The notes: generated by a model from the sequence alone, not told the origin. A stretch of DNA of 64,000 bases from a virus (IMGVR_UViG_3300042868_011620:1-64000), one strand, 5' to 3'. Counted from the first letter of the stretch, positions 17,635 through 27,794 are shown. Translations and numbers: made by a program.

Positions 17635-18760
17635 TATTAATGAGTTTCTTAAAATATCCAATCAGGAAAGTTGCTAATTTAGCGTCATTCTCAATAAACA
17701 AGAATAAATTCTCAGCACCTTGAATTTTTTCAGGAATAATGATAGCAGTTTCTTCAAGGACTAATTGCCGAAACTCGTCTGAGATATTAATCCAAGCTCC
17801 TTTGCGAGAGATAAACTCCCATGCATAAAGCATATCAACAATTTCTTTCTCAATCCAAATTGAATTACCATTTGTTCTTCCATATTTAATAGGATATGGA
17901 ATGGTTAAATTTGTCTTTTCATTAGGAGACTTTTTAACTGTAGCTTTTGCAAAGTGACCAATGATTGGATTATTGATCAAATCAATTTTATTATCATTAG
18001 GATTTTTGAGAATAAGATCTCCCTTGAATCTTGGTTCAAACTCAAGAATCCAGTTGGCAAAGTGAAGCAGAGCATTACCGCCAGTAGCAGAAGTTTGGCG
18101 TACTGGAGCTTTAGAGTATGGATCAAGTTTAATATCTGCTCGAACTTGACTGATAAAAATTGCTAAGTGGCCCCTCTTGCATAGAGAGATTGACATTCGC
18201 TTCATAAAGTTACCAGCAATCACGGCTCCACCAGCAACCTTATTACTATCCTCAAATCCCTTGTCTAAGTCTCCTTTAGAAATGAGTCCATCAACAGAAT
18301 CTAAAAGAAAAAAGTAGAATTTATTTTCATCATTCTTAGTTACGAGTTGACGCATAGCATCAACAGCAGTTTCATAAATATTTGTTTCAAATACAAAGCA
18401 AGTTCCATCAACCCATTCATCAGCAGAGAAAACAAATTTAATACCAGATCTTTCTCTCATCTGTTTGGAAAGGCGACCTTCGGCTTTGATGTAAAAGCCT
18501 TTACGATTAGAACTATTATCTAAAAAGCCCTTCATGAATGAAAGGGCGCATGATGTTTTTCCAGTTTCATTTGGCCCGCAAAATCTATGTAATCCTGGTC
18601 CCAATCCACCATCTAAATGCAAATCTAGCTGAAGCGATCCACTAGAAACTTTATAGTCAGTTTCGTCTTCAAAATTATAGTGATCTTCAGAATTTTGCTT
18701 GAGGAATGATCCCAGAACATCTGAGGATTTTACAAACTCTTTATCTTTAATTTTGCTCAT
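17624..18760 (-). CDS. recA: RecA/UvsX-like recombinase
   Basis: SSGSLQLD, GPNETGKT Walker A, LLDSV, FISQVR, TGGNALLH. Confidence 0.88.
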   Translation of the reverse strand: MSKIKDKEFVKSSDVLGSFLKQNSEDHYNFEDETDYKVSSGSLQLDLHLDGGLGPGLHRFCGPNETGKTSCALSFMKGFLDNSSNRKGFYIKAEGRLSKQMRERSGIKFVFSADEWVDGTCFVFETNIYETAVDAMRQLVTKNDENKFYFFLLDSVDGLISKGDLDKGFEDSNKVAGGAVIAGNFMKRMSISLCKRGHLAIFISQVRADIKLDPYSKAPVRQTSATGGNALLHFANWILEFEPRFKGDLILKNPNDNKIDLINNPIIGHFAKATVKKSPNEKTNLTIPYPIKYGRTNGNSIWIEKEIVDMLYAWEFISRKGAWINISDEFRQLVLEETAIIIPEKIQGAENLFLFIENDAKLATFLIGYFKKLINNEV

Positions 18761-19121
18761 TTAGAAAGTCTTTGATGGTTTTAGTTTTATTAATGATAGA
18801 TGCATCAGAATCACACTTATCACCTAGATTATAACTCTCGTACCTTGAAGTGTCAACGGTAAAGTTGAAAGCTCTGAACTTTTGATCTAACGTATCTTTG
18901 AGCTTTTCACTAACTAGATATGCTAAAGAATCAAACTGCTTATCAAAAGAAGCAACTTCCATGAACTCTTCAGAATATCTCTCACATAGAATATTCAAAA
19001 AGTGCATTTCGCGCATATAAAAAAGGCGCTTATCCTTTGCGGGAATAAGCACCAATCTTATGAGAATTTTCTTTTTATTAACTTTTCTTTGAGCTTTTGG
19101 CTTAGTCTTTTTAGCTGGCAT
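18747..19121 (-). CDS. Hypothetical protein
   Basis: 124-aa ORF co-oriented with recA, with a clear promoter immediately upstream. Confidence 0.6.
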   Translation of the reverse strand: MPAKKTKPKAQRKVNKKKILIRLVLIPAKDKRLFYMREMHFLNILCERYSEEFMEVASFDKQFDSLAYLVSEKLKDTLDQKFRAFNFTVDTSRYESYNLGDKCDSDASIINKTKTIKDFLNEQN

Positions 19122-19126
19122 TCAGC

Positions 19127-19154
19127 ATTATACAATAGCCTTAAAGTTCGTCAA
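19127..19154 (-). promoter_or_regulatory. Sigma70-like promoter TTGACG-16-TATAAT
   Basis: Ends 5 nt before ATG 19121. Confidence 0.65.
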
Positions 19155-20193
19155 GGTCATTTTTTACCATCTTACAAACGAGATTTTCAAAAGATGTTTT
19201 TGGAATCCAGTTTAGTTCTTGACGAGCTTTTGTAGAATCCCCCCAGAGAAGATCCACTTCGGCAGGTCGATAAAATTTAGAATTAATTGCTACTAATACT
19301 GAAGATTTTAAATTAGATTGTTCAAGGAGGTGGTTAGCGATGATGTATTGTTCATTCAAACCATCTCCACTCCAATAGCCAGATACTCCAATTTCAGAAA
19401 AAGCTAATTCAACAAATTCTCTAATAGAATGTGTTTCATTAGATGATAGCACATATTCATTTGGATTGTCTTGATTAAGCATTAGCCAAACTCCTTCGAC
19501 AAAATCTTCAGCGTCACTCCAGTCTCTTTTTGATTCTAAATTTCCAAGTTCAAGCGGTTGAAATTGCTCGTTATTCTTTATAGATTTACAAATACGAGAA
19601 ACGTTTTTCGTAATTTTACGAGTTACAAATTCTTCTCCTCGACGAATTCCTTCATGATTGAATAGCCACCCTTGTATAGCAAACAAATTATACGAGTCTC
19701 TGTAAACCTTTACAAGATGTCTTGCTGAAGCTTTTGAAGCTCCGTATGGACTTCTAGGACGAAGTGGGTGTGATTCATCCTGCGGGATGTAAGAGACATC
19801 CCCAAACTCTTCTGAAGAGCCAGCATTGTAATATCTACACTGAGGCGCAAACTTTCTAATAGCTTCTAACTGATATAAAACTGCCATGCAATTTGTGTTC
19901 ATGTGATTCACTGGCATAGTCCAACTATTACCAACAAATGAATTCGCTGCAAAATTAATAAAATAATCTGGCTGCTCAGTACGAATAACTTCTTCTACAT
20001 TTTGCGCATCTGTAATATCTAAATCAATTAATTTAAATCTAGAATTATTTTTTAAATGTTGAATGTTTTTATGATTAGTAATACTCAAGCGTCTTACTCC
20101 TGCTATTACTGTATGATTTGTATTTTGCAAAAGAAAATCCGCCATAAAACTGCCGTCTTGTCCAGTAACTCCTGTAATAATAATTTTTTTCAT
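19141..20193 (-). CDS. gmd: GDP-mannose 4,6-dehydratase
   Basis: ITGVTGQDGS, SSEEFG, PRSPYGASK, LFNHE, FVTRKIT, RDW, YRPAEVDLLWGD. Confidence 0.93.
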   Translation of the reverse strand: MKKIIITGVTGQDGSFMADFLLQNTNHTVIAGVRRLSITNHKNIQHLKNNSRFKLIDLDITDAQNVEEVIRTEQPDYFINFAANSFVGNSWTMPVNHMNTNCMAVLYQLEAIRKFAPQCRYYNAGSSEEFGDVSYIPQDESHPLRPRSPYGASKASARHLVKVYRDSYNLFAIQGWLFNHEGIRRGEEFVTRKITKNVSRICKSIKNNEQFQPLELGNLESKRDWSDAEDFVEGVWLMLNQDNPNEYVLSSNETHSIREFVELAFSEIGVSGYWSGDGLNEQYIIANHLLEQSNLKSSVLVAINSKFYRPAEVDLLWGDSTKARQELNWIPKTSFENLVCKMVKNDLDEL

Positions 20194-20194
20194 A

Positions 20195-20803
20195 TTATAA
20201 AATATTTTTATTTACATACCAATCTTCATATGGTTTTTGATAAAAATTTGGATTAGTATCTAAACAAACAACATCTTCAAAAACTCTTTCAAAATTATTC
20301 TCGCTAAGTAATTTAAATAATCTATTTTTATTAAAATCCCCATCAACATACAAATTATGTTCAATTGTTATTAAATTAATTTGCCATTTTTTAAAATCAA
20401 AATCTTTCAGAGCGTTGAATTCAGAACCCTCAATATCAATTGACATGTAATCTATAATAGATGGAGCATCATTTTGTTCTAAAATATTATTTAAAGTGTC
20501 ACATGGCGTTAGATTTCCAATATTATCATTTCTAACAGAATCGCGATAAAAACTACAATAACCTTTATAGTCTAAAACTGCTAAATTTAAATTTTTAGAT
20601 TTCCTATTTAATGATAACGTATTGAAAACTTCACTATTAGCTTCAACACAAATTCCACTCCAATTTAAATCTTTTTCTAAAACAAATGTATTGCTAGTTT
20701 GAATGCCATCATATGCGCCGATATCTAAATAAAAACCATTTTGTTTAAAATTTAAGAATTCGCATACCCATTTATCTTGATTTGCTTGAGAATAATAGGT
20801 CAT
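20195..20803 (-). CDS. FkbM-family methyltransferase
   Basis: YSQANQD, FYLDIGAYDG..SNT, IDYMSIDIEGSE. Confidence 0.85.
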   Translation of the reverse strand: MTYYSQANQDKWVCEFLNFKQNGFYLDIGAYDGIQTSNTFVLEKDLNWSGICVEANSEVFNTLSLNRKSKNLNLAVLDYKGYCSFYRDSVRNDNIGNLTPCDTLNNILEQNDAPSIIDYMSIDIEGSEFNALKDFDFKKWQINLITIEHNLYVDGDFNKNRLFKLLSENNFERVFEDVVCLDTNPNFYQKPYEDWYVNKNIL

Positions 20804-20805
20804 TT

Positions 20806-22020
20806 TTATAAACTAATAATTTGAAATTTTGGACATGGAACAATGAATTTACCACCATTTTCTAAAAATTCACGTTCTCTTTCTACAAATTCATTTATAA
20901 AATGCCAAGGAAGAACTAGTAAATAATCTGGCTTCAATTCTCTCATTTCATCTTCTGAAATAATTGGTATTTCAGTTCCTACAGTTTTAAGACCATACTT
21001 GTATGGAGATCTTTCCGCTATATAACTAATGAGATTTTTATCTAATCCAAAAACCTGAAGAAGTGTATTGCCCTTTGTTGACGCTCCATAGCCAGCAATT
21101 GTTTTTCCTTTTGCTTTTTCACTTGTAATAAAGCCCACTACTTCTTCCTTTAAATCTTGAATACTTTGATGAAATTTATCCCAAATTTCCTCTTTGGAAA
21201 TATCATATTTCTTTTCAGATTCAAGTATAGCCTCAACTCTAAATTTACAAACATCTCTCAGGGGGGCCGTTCCAAAGGTTTCTTTTGTTCTATTTTTATT
21301 TTGAATATAGACTCTAATGCTACCGCCATTCACATCGTTTAAATCTGCGTCAACGACTTCCATTCCATTTCTTTCCAATAAAATTTTCAGACTAGATAAA
21401 GAATGATAATAATAATGCTCATGACAAATATTATCAAATGCCATCTGAGCCAACATTAATGGAGTGTAAGAAATTTGAATAACCCACACCCCATTAGAAT
21501 CCATTACTTTTACAATATCTTTAATAAATGAGTCTGGATCTTCCAAATCATAGAACATTGCTATTGTAGTAATTATCTTTGGTTTACTTTCTGAAAAATT
21601 AGATTTTTGGAAAGAATCGTAGGAAAAATAATCCTGAATAACATCATCTGCAATTTTAATTGACTCTGCATAGTAAGAGTCGTCAGCTGGATCGATACCC
21701 ATCCTCTTGATTCCTTCTGGAATAAAAGAGAGCAGCGTCCCATCATTACAAGCAATATCTAACCAAAGGTCTTCATTTTTTAATGATACACGCTTACAGA
21801 TTTCATCTACAATCTCCTTGAGATCTCTCTTCATAGAATCATTCGTTCCTGATCTATACCAATACTGACCCCACATCTCCGAACTTGGCGGCATTTCTGT
21901 AAGACTTGGCGCTCCAATATCTTTATTGATTTTTAACTCTAGAGGATACTTCTTTTTAATAGAAGAATCTGCACTCATCTTTAAAAAGTCTGAAACGTAT
22001 AAATTTCCTAAATTAAGCAT
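20806..22020 (-). CDS. NDP-sugar C-methyltransferase
   Basis: LDIACNDGTLL, FDNICHEH, NGGSIR, GYGASTKGNTLL, LVLPWHF, GGKFIVP. Confidence 0.85.
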   Translation of the reverse strand: MLNLGNLYVSDFLKMSADSSIKKKYPLELKINKDIGAPSLTEMPPSSEMWGQYWYRSGTNDSMKRDLKEIVDEICKRVSLKNEDLWLDIACNDGTLLSFIPEGIKRMGIDPADDSYYAESIKIADDVIQDYFSYDSFQKSNFSESKPKIITTIAMFYDLEDPDSFIKDIVKVMDSNGVWVIQISYTPLMLAQMAFDNICHEHYYYHSLSSLKILLERNGMEVVDADLNDVNGGSIRVYIQNKNRTKETFGTAPLRDVCKFRVEAILESEKKYDISKEEIWDKFHQSIQDLKEEVVGFITSEKAKGKTIAGYGASTKGNTLLQVFGLDKNLISYIAERSPYKYGLKTVGTEIPIISEDEMRELKPDYLLVLPWHFINEFVEREREFLENGGKFIVPCPKFQIISL

Positions 22021-22028
22021 ATGAGATG

Positions 22029-22946
22029 CTATATTGTAAAGCTAATTTTTTCAATTATTTTTTCGTATTCAGCAATTAAATTATCATGCGACCACTCTTC
22101 TCTTAAAGACAAAATATGATCTATAGGATTATTAATAATATCAATAATTGAATTTGATTCAATTGAAAAAAGATTTTTATGTTTATAGTTTACATGTCTA
22201 AACATATGAGATGAAGATAACCCTATTGGTTTATCAATAGCAATCACATAATCCAAAACAGAAGAAGCTCCCCTATTTGGTAGATGGTCGTAAGCGAATA
22301 TATTAATATCATTTGAATTTAAAAAATCTAATACGGATTTATCTGAAATAAAGTTATTAGTTAAATTAAGTTTAATATTAGGTTTAGTTATTTTAGATAA
22401 ACATTTTTGTTTAATTTGTTCATTTTCAAAATTATTTCCACAATAATGGCTAAAAGTTATATTTAAATTTATGACAGCTTCATCAAATTGATCATTAACT
22501 AAAGAACAAATTTTATCAAACCCTTTATTTTCAAAACCAAAACCAAAACTTCCTATTGATGGAATATTATTTTTTATTTTTTCAAAATTATCAAACTTTA
22601 AAATTGGTCTAACAACTTTAAAATTATTTTTATTTTCATTATACTGGGGATCTAAATGAATGTAAAAGTCAAAATTAGATATTTCAGTTTCATGTACTAA
22701 ACCAACTTTACAAATATTAATTTCAGATAAATCAAGCCAGTGCATTGTAATTGGATGATAATTAAAAATACATACTGTAGGTTTAAAATGATTTATAGAA
22801 AATCGCACTTCTTCTTGATTTGATACTTCTAAATAGATGAAATCAAACTTTAATGATTTTTTGACAATGTTAGCCGTTCGTTTTCCATATTGATAAACGC
22901 CACACGCTTCTATTGAATTGTTAAAAAATAAAATTTTATCTTTCAT
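22029..22946 (-). CDS. Putative glycosyltransferase (GT-B-like)
   Basis: CGVYQYG, IGSFGFGFENKGF, GASSVLD; located in the sugar cassette; likely start MKDKIL at 22946. Confidence 0.6.
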   Translation of the reverse strand: MKDKILFFNNSIEACGVYQYGKRTANIVKKSLKFDFIYLEVSNQEEVRFSINHFKPTVCIFNYHPITMHWLDLSEINICKVGLVHETEISNFDFYIHLDPQYNENKNNFKVVRPILKFDNFEKIKNNIPSIGSFGFGFENKGFDKICSLVNDQFDEAVINLNITFSHYCGNNFENEQIKQKCLSKITKPNIKLNLTNNFISDKSVLDFLNSNDINIFAYDHLPNRGASSVLDYVIAIDKPIGLSSSHMFRHVNYKHKNLFSIESNSIIDIINNPIDHILSLREEWSHDNLIAEYEKIIEKISFTI

Positions 22947-23658
22947 GATACAGTCTAACTGATTGATTAATGATGATATTAGAGTGTCCCATTTCTCTAA
23001 AATCTTCACACAAAACTGCGGTATCGCAGTCGTGTTTTTGTAATCTTTTATTAAATGAAGAGAATTTTAAACCATTTAAGAATGGTTGTATATTATACAA
23101 ACATACCCCATTAGCTGTTGACCAAAATTCTTTAATTGGATTCCATGCAAAATCACTAGAAAACCCTCCCCATTCTTCGGTAGAATTCCTACGCATTCCC
23201 CACGTATCATAAGGAATGTTATTCATCATTAAAACTCCTGAATAAATATCAGTATTTTCAGGAGCTAATGATTTTGTTATAATTTCTTTTATACTATCAA
23301 AAGAATAAACAATATCTGGTTCAATAATTAATATATTTGAATATTTTTCAAGATTTAAATCTTCAATAGTTTTATTTCTAGCATTGGCAAAATTAATTAC
23401 TCTTTGAGCATCTGTAACAGAGTGGTAATATATAGTTCCTATATTTTCAGTTTTAATAAATGATTCAACAAATAGGGAATAATCCTGAGATTTTAAAATT
23501 TCTTTTGAATTATCAACTGAATCATTTTCATAAATACTTATAGAAAAATCATATTCATCACTTAAATTTTTTACAAAATTTAAAATTTGATTAAAATAAT
23601 TTAGTAATTTATCTCCCCTATTTCGCACTATTGAGCTTATTAATATATGCTGTTTCAT
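22936..23658 (-). CDS. Putative glycosyltransferase (GT-A-like)
   Basis: SSIVRN, IYENDSVDNS, ANARN, IEPD (DxD-like), YDTW. Confidence 0.7.
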   Translation of the reverse strand: MKQHILISSIVRNRGDKLLNYFNQILNFVKNLSDEYDFSISIYENDSVDNSKEILKSQDYSLFVESFIKTENIGTIYYHSVTDAQRVINFANARNKTIEDLNLEKYSNILIIEPDIVYSFDSIKEIITKSLAPENTDIYSGVLMMNNIPYDTWGMRRNSTEEWGGFSSDFAWNPIKEFWSTANGVCLYNIQPFLNGLKFSSFNKRLQKHDCDTAVLCEDFREMGHSNIIINQSVRLYHER

Positions 23659-23694
23659 TTTTCACTCATGTCTATGCATGATTATAAATGAACT

Positions 23695-24657
23695 TCAAAA
23701 ATCTTCAAAACTTTCTTCAATATCTCTAAGCTCTGGTAGGTGTATAAAGAGTTCATTTTGATCTACAAAACCATCATCTAACCATTCCTCTTCATCTTCA
23801 TCAATATCATCATAATCTTCCGAGGCTAAAGAAGATACTGGCTTACTACTCCAAAATTTACAACTCCAATAATTAGCTTTCCATTTTGGTCCAACGTTAG
23901 TATCACATTGATGTCTTGCTCGATAATTTTTACGTCGAGCAGGATCATCGCGTTTGATTTCCATGTTAGGATCTCCAAACTTTACAACAACAATATTTCC
24001 TTTGTCATTTTTAACATAAACTCCGAATTTTTTATTAGATCCGCTTGGAAGTCTAAATGGTTTGTTGAGAGTTTTCTTTTCTGCTTCAGAGTAATCAATG
24101 TCTGACAAATCAATATTTGCTTCGTAAAATAAATCCACTCCAGCTTTGATCAAATCAATTCGAGCTAGATCAAAATCAATTGAATCAAACTTCCAGAAAC
24201 AATCTTCTGGCTTTTCTTCATAGTAAGCTTCACTTCCAGATGCAACGTCTTGATCAGCAGACCTGTAAGAGTCTTTAACTTTTTCTCCACGAAGCATTTT
24301 TAAAAACATATTAACTCTAGCCATTGCCCAGCTACTTCTACTTTGACCTGGACGATGGGAGAAGGAAAATGCTCCAAGACCTCTTCTATAAATTTTCTTC
24401 AGTTGAGATAAGGAAACTTTCTTATCATGATTTTCATTATGAGATCTTACTTTTTCCTGCAAAGAATTTATGATTTTTTCAGCAAATTCAATTTTTCCAC
24501 CATCTTCTCCAGCCGAACCTTTAGGATTTTTAGACGATCCTTTTTTACGCTCGCTGGGAGCAGATGGAGTTTGAGCGGCACTTTTTGGTCCAGATCTTTT
24601 TGCAGATTCTGAAGTATCAAAGAGTTGTTTAATTCTATCTGAAAAATCTATTTCCAT
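23695..24657 (-). CDS. Two-domain viral hypothetical protein, probably virion-associated
   Basis: Domain 1 LKKIYRRGLGAF...WAMARVNMF; domain 2 LNKPFR...KKFGVYV...KFGD...YRARH...YWSC; acidic tail; GTGTA motif before ATG 24657. Confidence 0.6.
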   Translation of the reverse strand: MEIDFSDRIKQLFDTSESAKRSGPKSAAQTPSAPSERKKGSSKNPKGSAGEDGGKIEFAEKIINSLQEKVRSHNENHDKKVSLSQLKKIYRRGLGAFSFSHRPGQSRSSWAMARVNMFLKMLRGEKVKDSYRSADQDVASGSEAYYEEKPEDCFWKFDSIDFDLARIDLIKAGVDLFYEANIDLSDIDYSEAEKKTLNKPFRLPSGSNKKFGVYVKNDKGNIVVVKFGDPNMEIKRDDPARRKNYRARHQCDTNVGPKWKANYWSCKFWSSKPVSSLASEDYDDIDEDEEEWLDDGFVDQNELFIHLPELRDIEESFEDF

Positions 24658-24695
24658 AAATATTAATACACTTTTTTTAAATAATTTGACTGGAA

Positions 24696-26390
24696 TTATG
24701 CTTGGCATGATTCGCAATTGAGAATAGAGCGGGCTAATTCTTGTGCTGGATTAGCGCTCTTTTGATAATATAAACCTTTGATTCCTTGCTCCCATGCAAA
24801 AATCATAAGTTGATTCACTTCTTTTGCAGATGCTGAAGGAGGAATCATGATGTTTAAACTTTGGCCTTGGTCAATGTATTTTTGACGCTGAGCAGCTTGA
24901 ATAATAATTTCTTTTTGAGAGATTTCTCCAAAGGTTTTAAAGGTGGCTTTTTCATTTTCAGATAAAAAATCTAAATGAGCAACAGATCCGCCCCTAATTA
25001 AAATAGATTTCCAAACTTCTGCGGAGTTTTGATTTTTTTCAATTAGCAATTTTTCCAAATAGGGATTTTGATAAGAGAAGTCTCCTTTAGCCAATCCTTT
25101 AACAAAGTAGTTTCCATTTAAAGGTTCAATACCCTGAGACACTTGACCAAGAATAAAGCTGGAGCTTACTGTTGGAGCAACAGCGATTGTAGTCACATTG
25201 CGACGACCATAGCCTTCGAGTAACGCTGGTTCACCGTAGATCTCAGCTAATTGTTCAGTAGCCGCATCAGCACGATTTCTGATCGTTTTCCAAATTTGAT
25301 TATTTAAAATTTTAGCTTCCATTGATTCAAAAGGAATCATTTTAGATTGAAGCAGCGAGTGCCACCCAAGAACTCCAATACCAAGCGCTCTTTGATTGAT
25401 TGCAAAGTTGCGAGCATGACTCATGAATGCCATGTTTTCAGTTTTATTAATGAACTCTGTCATGACAGCATCCAAGAAAAAGACCATTGTTTCAACAGCA
25501 TCAGTATCTTTCCACTCTTCCCACTTATCAAGATTCAGAGATGATAAATTACAAACAAAAGATTCTGTTGGAGAATCAGCAAGCATAATTTCATTGCAGA
25601 GATTTGAATGACTGATTTTTAAATTTTTATCTTTATAAACTTGAGGAGCTTGATCATTAGCATTGTCAGAGAAAAAAATGTATGGATATCCGCTTTCAAA
25701 TCTTTTTTGAATCACAAGGCCCCAGATTCTTCTGTTTTCCTTGTTACCATCAATCATATCCTGCATCCATTGATTAGAGACGCAAACTCCAATTGAGAGT
25801 TCTTGAATGTCATTTCCTTCGGATTTAATCTTTAAAAACTCTTCAATATCACCATGATCGATTGGAAGATATGTTGCGCAAGCTCCTCTTCTGGTATTTC
25901 CCTGAGAAACAACAGTCATCATCTTATCATAGAGTTCCATGAAATGAACTGAACCTGTTGATTCTCCACCAGATGAAATTTTAGATCCTCTAGGACGAAC
26001 ATTGCCAAAGAATGCGCTAGTACCTCCTCCAGACTTTGTCATCATGCTGATTTCAGCAAGTTTGTGGCCAGTAATAGACTCTATAGAATCTTCTAGATAA
26101 GTTCCAAAACAAGAAATTGGAAGACCTCTTTTTCTGCCGAGATTAGACCAATTAGGAGATGATAGCGAATAAAATCCACGCTCAACATAGTCAGCGAACT
26201 TCTCAGCAAAGCTTTTGCATTTGAGGTAAGCATTAACTTTAGCAATGCAATCTCCGCTTACAGACAAAAGACTTTCTGCTGTTTGTGCAACATCAGATAT
26301 TCTTTGCTCAGCAGTTTCGCCGTCCATCAAGTAACCGCTGCTTAAAAATTTGCGAGAATCTGCATTGAGCCAGTAAATATTTTTTTCCAT
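24696..26390 (-). CDS. nrdA: Ribonucleotide reductase class I alpha subunit (short, no ATP cone)
   Basis: PISCF, SNLCNEI, VCNLSS, APTVSSS, LYY, C-terminal CESC. Confidence 0.93.
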   Translation of the reverse strand: MEKNIYWLNADSRKFLSSGYLMDGETAEQRISDVAQTAESLLSVSGDCIAKVNAYLKCKSFAEKFADYVERGFYSLSSPNWSNLGRKRGLPISCFGTYLEDSIESITGHKLAEISMMTKSGGGTSAFFGNVRPRGSKISSGGESTGSVHFMELYDKMMTVVSQGNTRRGACATYLPIDHGDIEEFLKIKSEGNDIQELSIGVCVSNQWMQDMIDGNKENRRIWGLVIQKRFESGYPYIFFSDNANDQAPQVYKDKNLKISHSNLCNEIMLADSPTESFVCNLSSLNLDKWEEWKDTDAVETMVFFLDAVMTEFINKTENMAFMSHARNFAINQRALGIGVLGWHSLLQSKMIPFESMEAKILNNQIWKTIRNRADAATEQLAEIYGEPALLEGYGRRNVTTIAVAPTVSSSFILGQVSQGIEPLNGNYFVKGLAKGDFSYQNPYLEKLLIEKNQNSAEVWKSILIRGGSVAHLDFLSENEKATFKTFGEISQKEIIIQAAQRQKYIDQGQSLNIMIPPSASAKEVNQLMIFAWEQGIKGLYYQKSANPAQELARSILNCESCQA

Positions 26391-26427
26391 GTTAGTTATA
26401 ATGTCTTATTAATAAATCTCTAGTTTT

Positions 26428-27399
26428 TTAGAACAAATCGTTTTCATCGAAACTCTTATTGTCTTTAGAGTACTCTACTGGAGTACTGTAAAAGAAATCA
26501 GATGCTGTGTTTCCGTATAAACTCTCGTCAAACCATTTTGTTTTAGCAAGAAGTTCTTCGTCGATTGAAAAGGCTTTCTTGAATCCAATCAAACCAAATG
26601 ATTCATTGATTCTATTTTTCACAAATTCTTTAAGAATTGCGGCGGATAACAAATCTTCTTCGGCTCCATTAACAATCCAATCAATAATTTTAGACTCTGC
26701 AATCAAAGCTTCTTGAGCTTCGTGCAGAATTCTCGCCTCAAGTTCAGCATCAAATAATTCGGGGAACTCTTTTCTGATATCGTTGATGATTTGGATTCCA
26801 ATAAGGCCATGAATCATCTCTTCGTTTTTAGTATATCTAACCTGCTGATTAGTATCTTTTAGTAAGTTATTTTTACCGAACCAGTTAATAACATAAAACT
26901 GGCTAAACAGCGAAGCGTTTTCAACAAAGAGAGTGAATAGTATGATGCTATAAAGAAACTGCTTTTTAGAATCTTTGTAGAAGCGATGGGTATACTTTTT
27001 CAAATACTTCACTCTTCCTTGAATCCAATCAAGCTTGAGATTTTCCTCAAACACATCATTCAAATCAAGTATTGTTAGCAGTGCTTCATAAGCATTATTA
27101 TGAACAACTTCTGTATTTGCCATTACAAAACCAAGATCTTGAATGGCTGGATGCGGAAGATTATCTCCTAATTTTGCCCAAAATGTTTTAACAGCAACTT
27201 CAATTTGCCCAATTGCAGACAATGTGCGGATGATGATTTCCCTGTCTCTCTCACTCAGGGAAACTTTAAAATCTTGAACGTCTGATTTAAAATTCCACCT
27301 TTTATGAGACCACGCATTGTTATGCATAGCATCAATAAATTGCTCTGTCCAGGGATAAAGGTTGGGTTTTCTAGATACTTGTTCGTCAAAAATACTCAT
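26428..27399 (-). CDS. nrdB: Ribonucleotide reductase class I beta subunit
   Basis: EVVHNNAY, VENASLFSQF, NEEMIH, DFF; likely start MSIFDEQ at 27399. Confidence 0.92.
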   Translation of the reverse strand: MSIFDEQVSRKPNLYPWTEQFIDAMHNNAWSHKRWNFKSDVQDFKVSLSERDREIIIRTLSAIGQIEVAVKTFWAKLGDNLPHPAIQDLGFVMANTEVVHNNAYEALLTILDLNDVFEENLKLDWIQGRVKYLKKYTHRFYKDSKKQFLYSIILFTLFVENASLFSQFYVINWFGKNNLLKDTNQQVRYTKNEEMIHGLIGIQIINDIRKEFPELFDAELEARILHEAQEALIAESKIIDWIVNGAEEDLLSAAILKEFVKNRINESFGLIGFKKAFSIDEELLAKTKWFDESLYGNTASDFFYSTPVEYSKDNKSFDENDLF

Positions 27400-27489
27400 G
27401 GCTAATATCTTACACCATAGTGCAGGAATCAAGAATAGCAAATGGAAATTTTCTTTAATTTTGCCGTTGACAGATTAAAATTTGATATA

Positions 27490-27693
27490 CATAATACTGA
27501 GCGAAGCGAAGTATTACCGAGCGAAGCGAGGTTGCCGTTAAATTTGTAGATGCTCTGAATAATTAATTTGCTTCGCAAATTAATTAAAGATTTTTGAAAA
27601 AAATCTTTATTCATTGCACTTTTTCACTTGAATTGTGGAACTGCACTAATATAATACTGAGCGAAGCGAAGTATTATACGAGCGAGAGCGAGT
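27490..27693. other. Cluster of GCGAAGC/GA-mismatch DNA hairpins in the divergent intergenic region (candidate origin or ssDNA signal)
   Basis: ataatactgagcgaagcgaagtatta at 27491 and 27651; accGAGCGAAGCGAggt at 27516-27532; taattaatttGCTTCGCaaattaatta at 27560-27586; acGAGCGAGAGCGAgt at 27678-27693. Confidence 0.6.
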
Positions 27694-27760
27694 TTAAAAT
27701 GAAAACGTAACGCTTTTCAACTGCGTGCAAATATATTTTTACTTTATGTATAAATTTTAC

Positions 27761-27789
27761 TTGACAGCATACAATTCTATGCTTAATTA
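27761..27789 (+). promoter_or_regulatory. TTGACA-type promoter for the rightward operon
   Basis: TTGACA 34 nt before ATG 27795; weak -10. Confidence 0.45.
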
Positions 27790-27794
27790 TCTTA

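Noticed and set aside
27429-27614. 61-aa ORF in the intergenic hairpin region
   Set aside because: No recognisable motif; overlaps structured repeats and promoter elements.
27491-27676. 26-bp direct repeat as a CRISPR array
   Set aside because: Only two copies, 160 bp apart, and no cas operon; better explained as hairpin elements.
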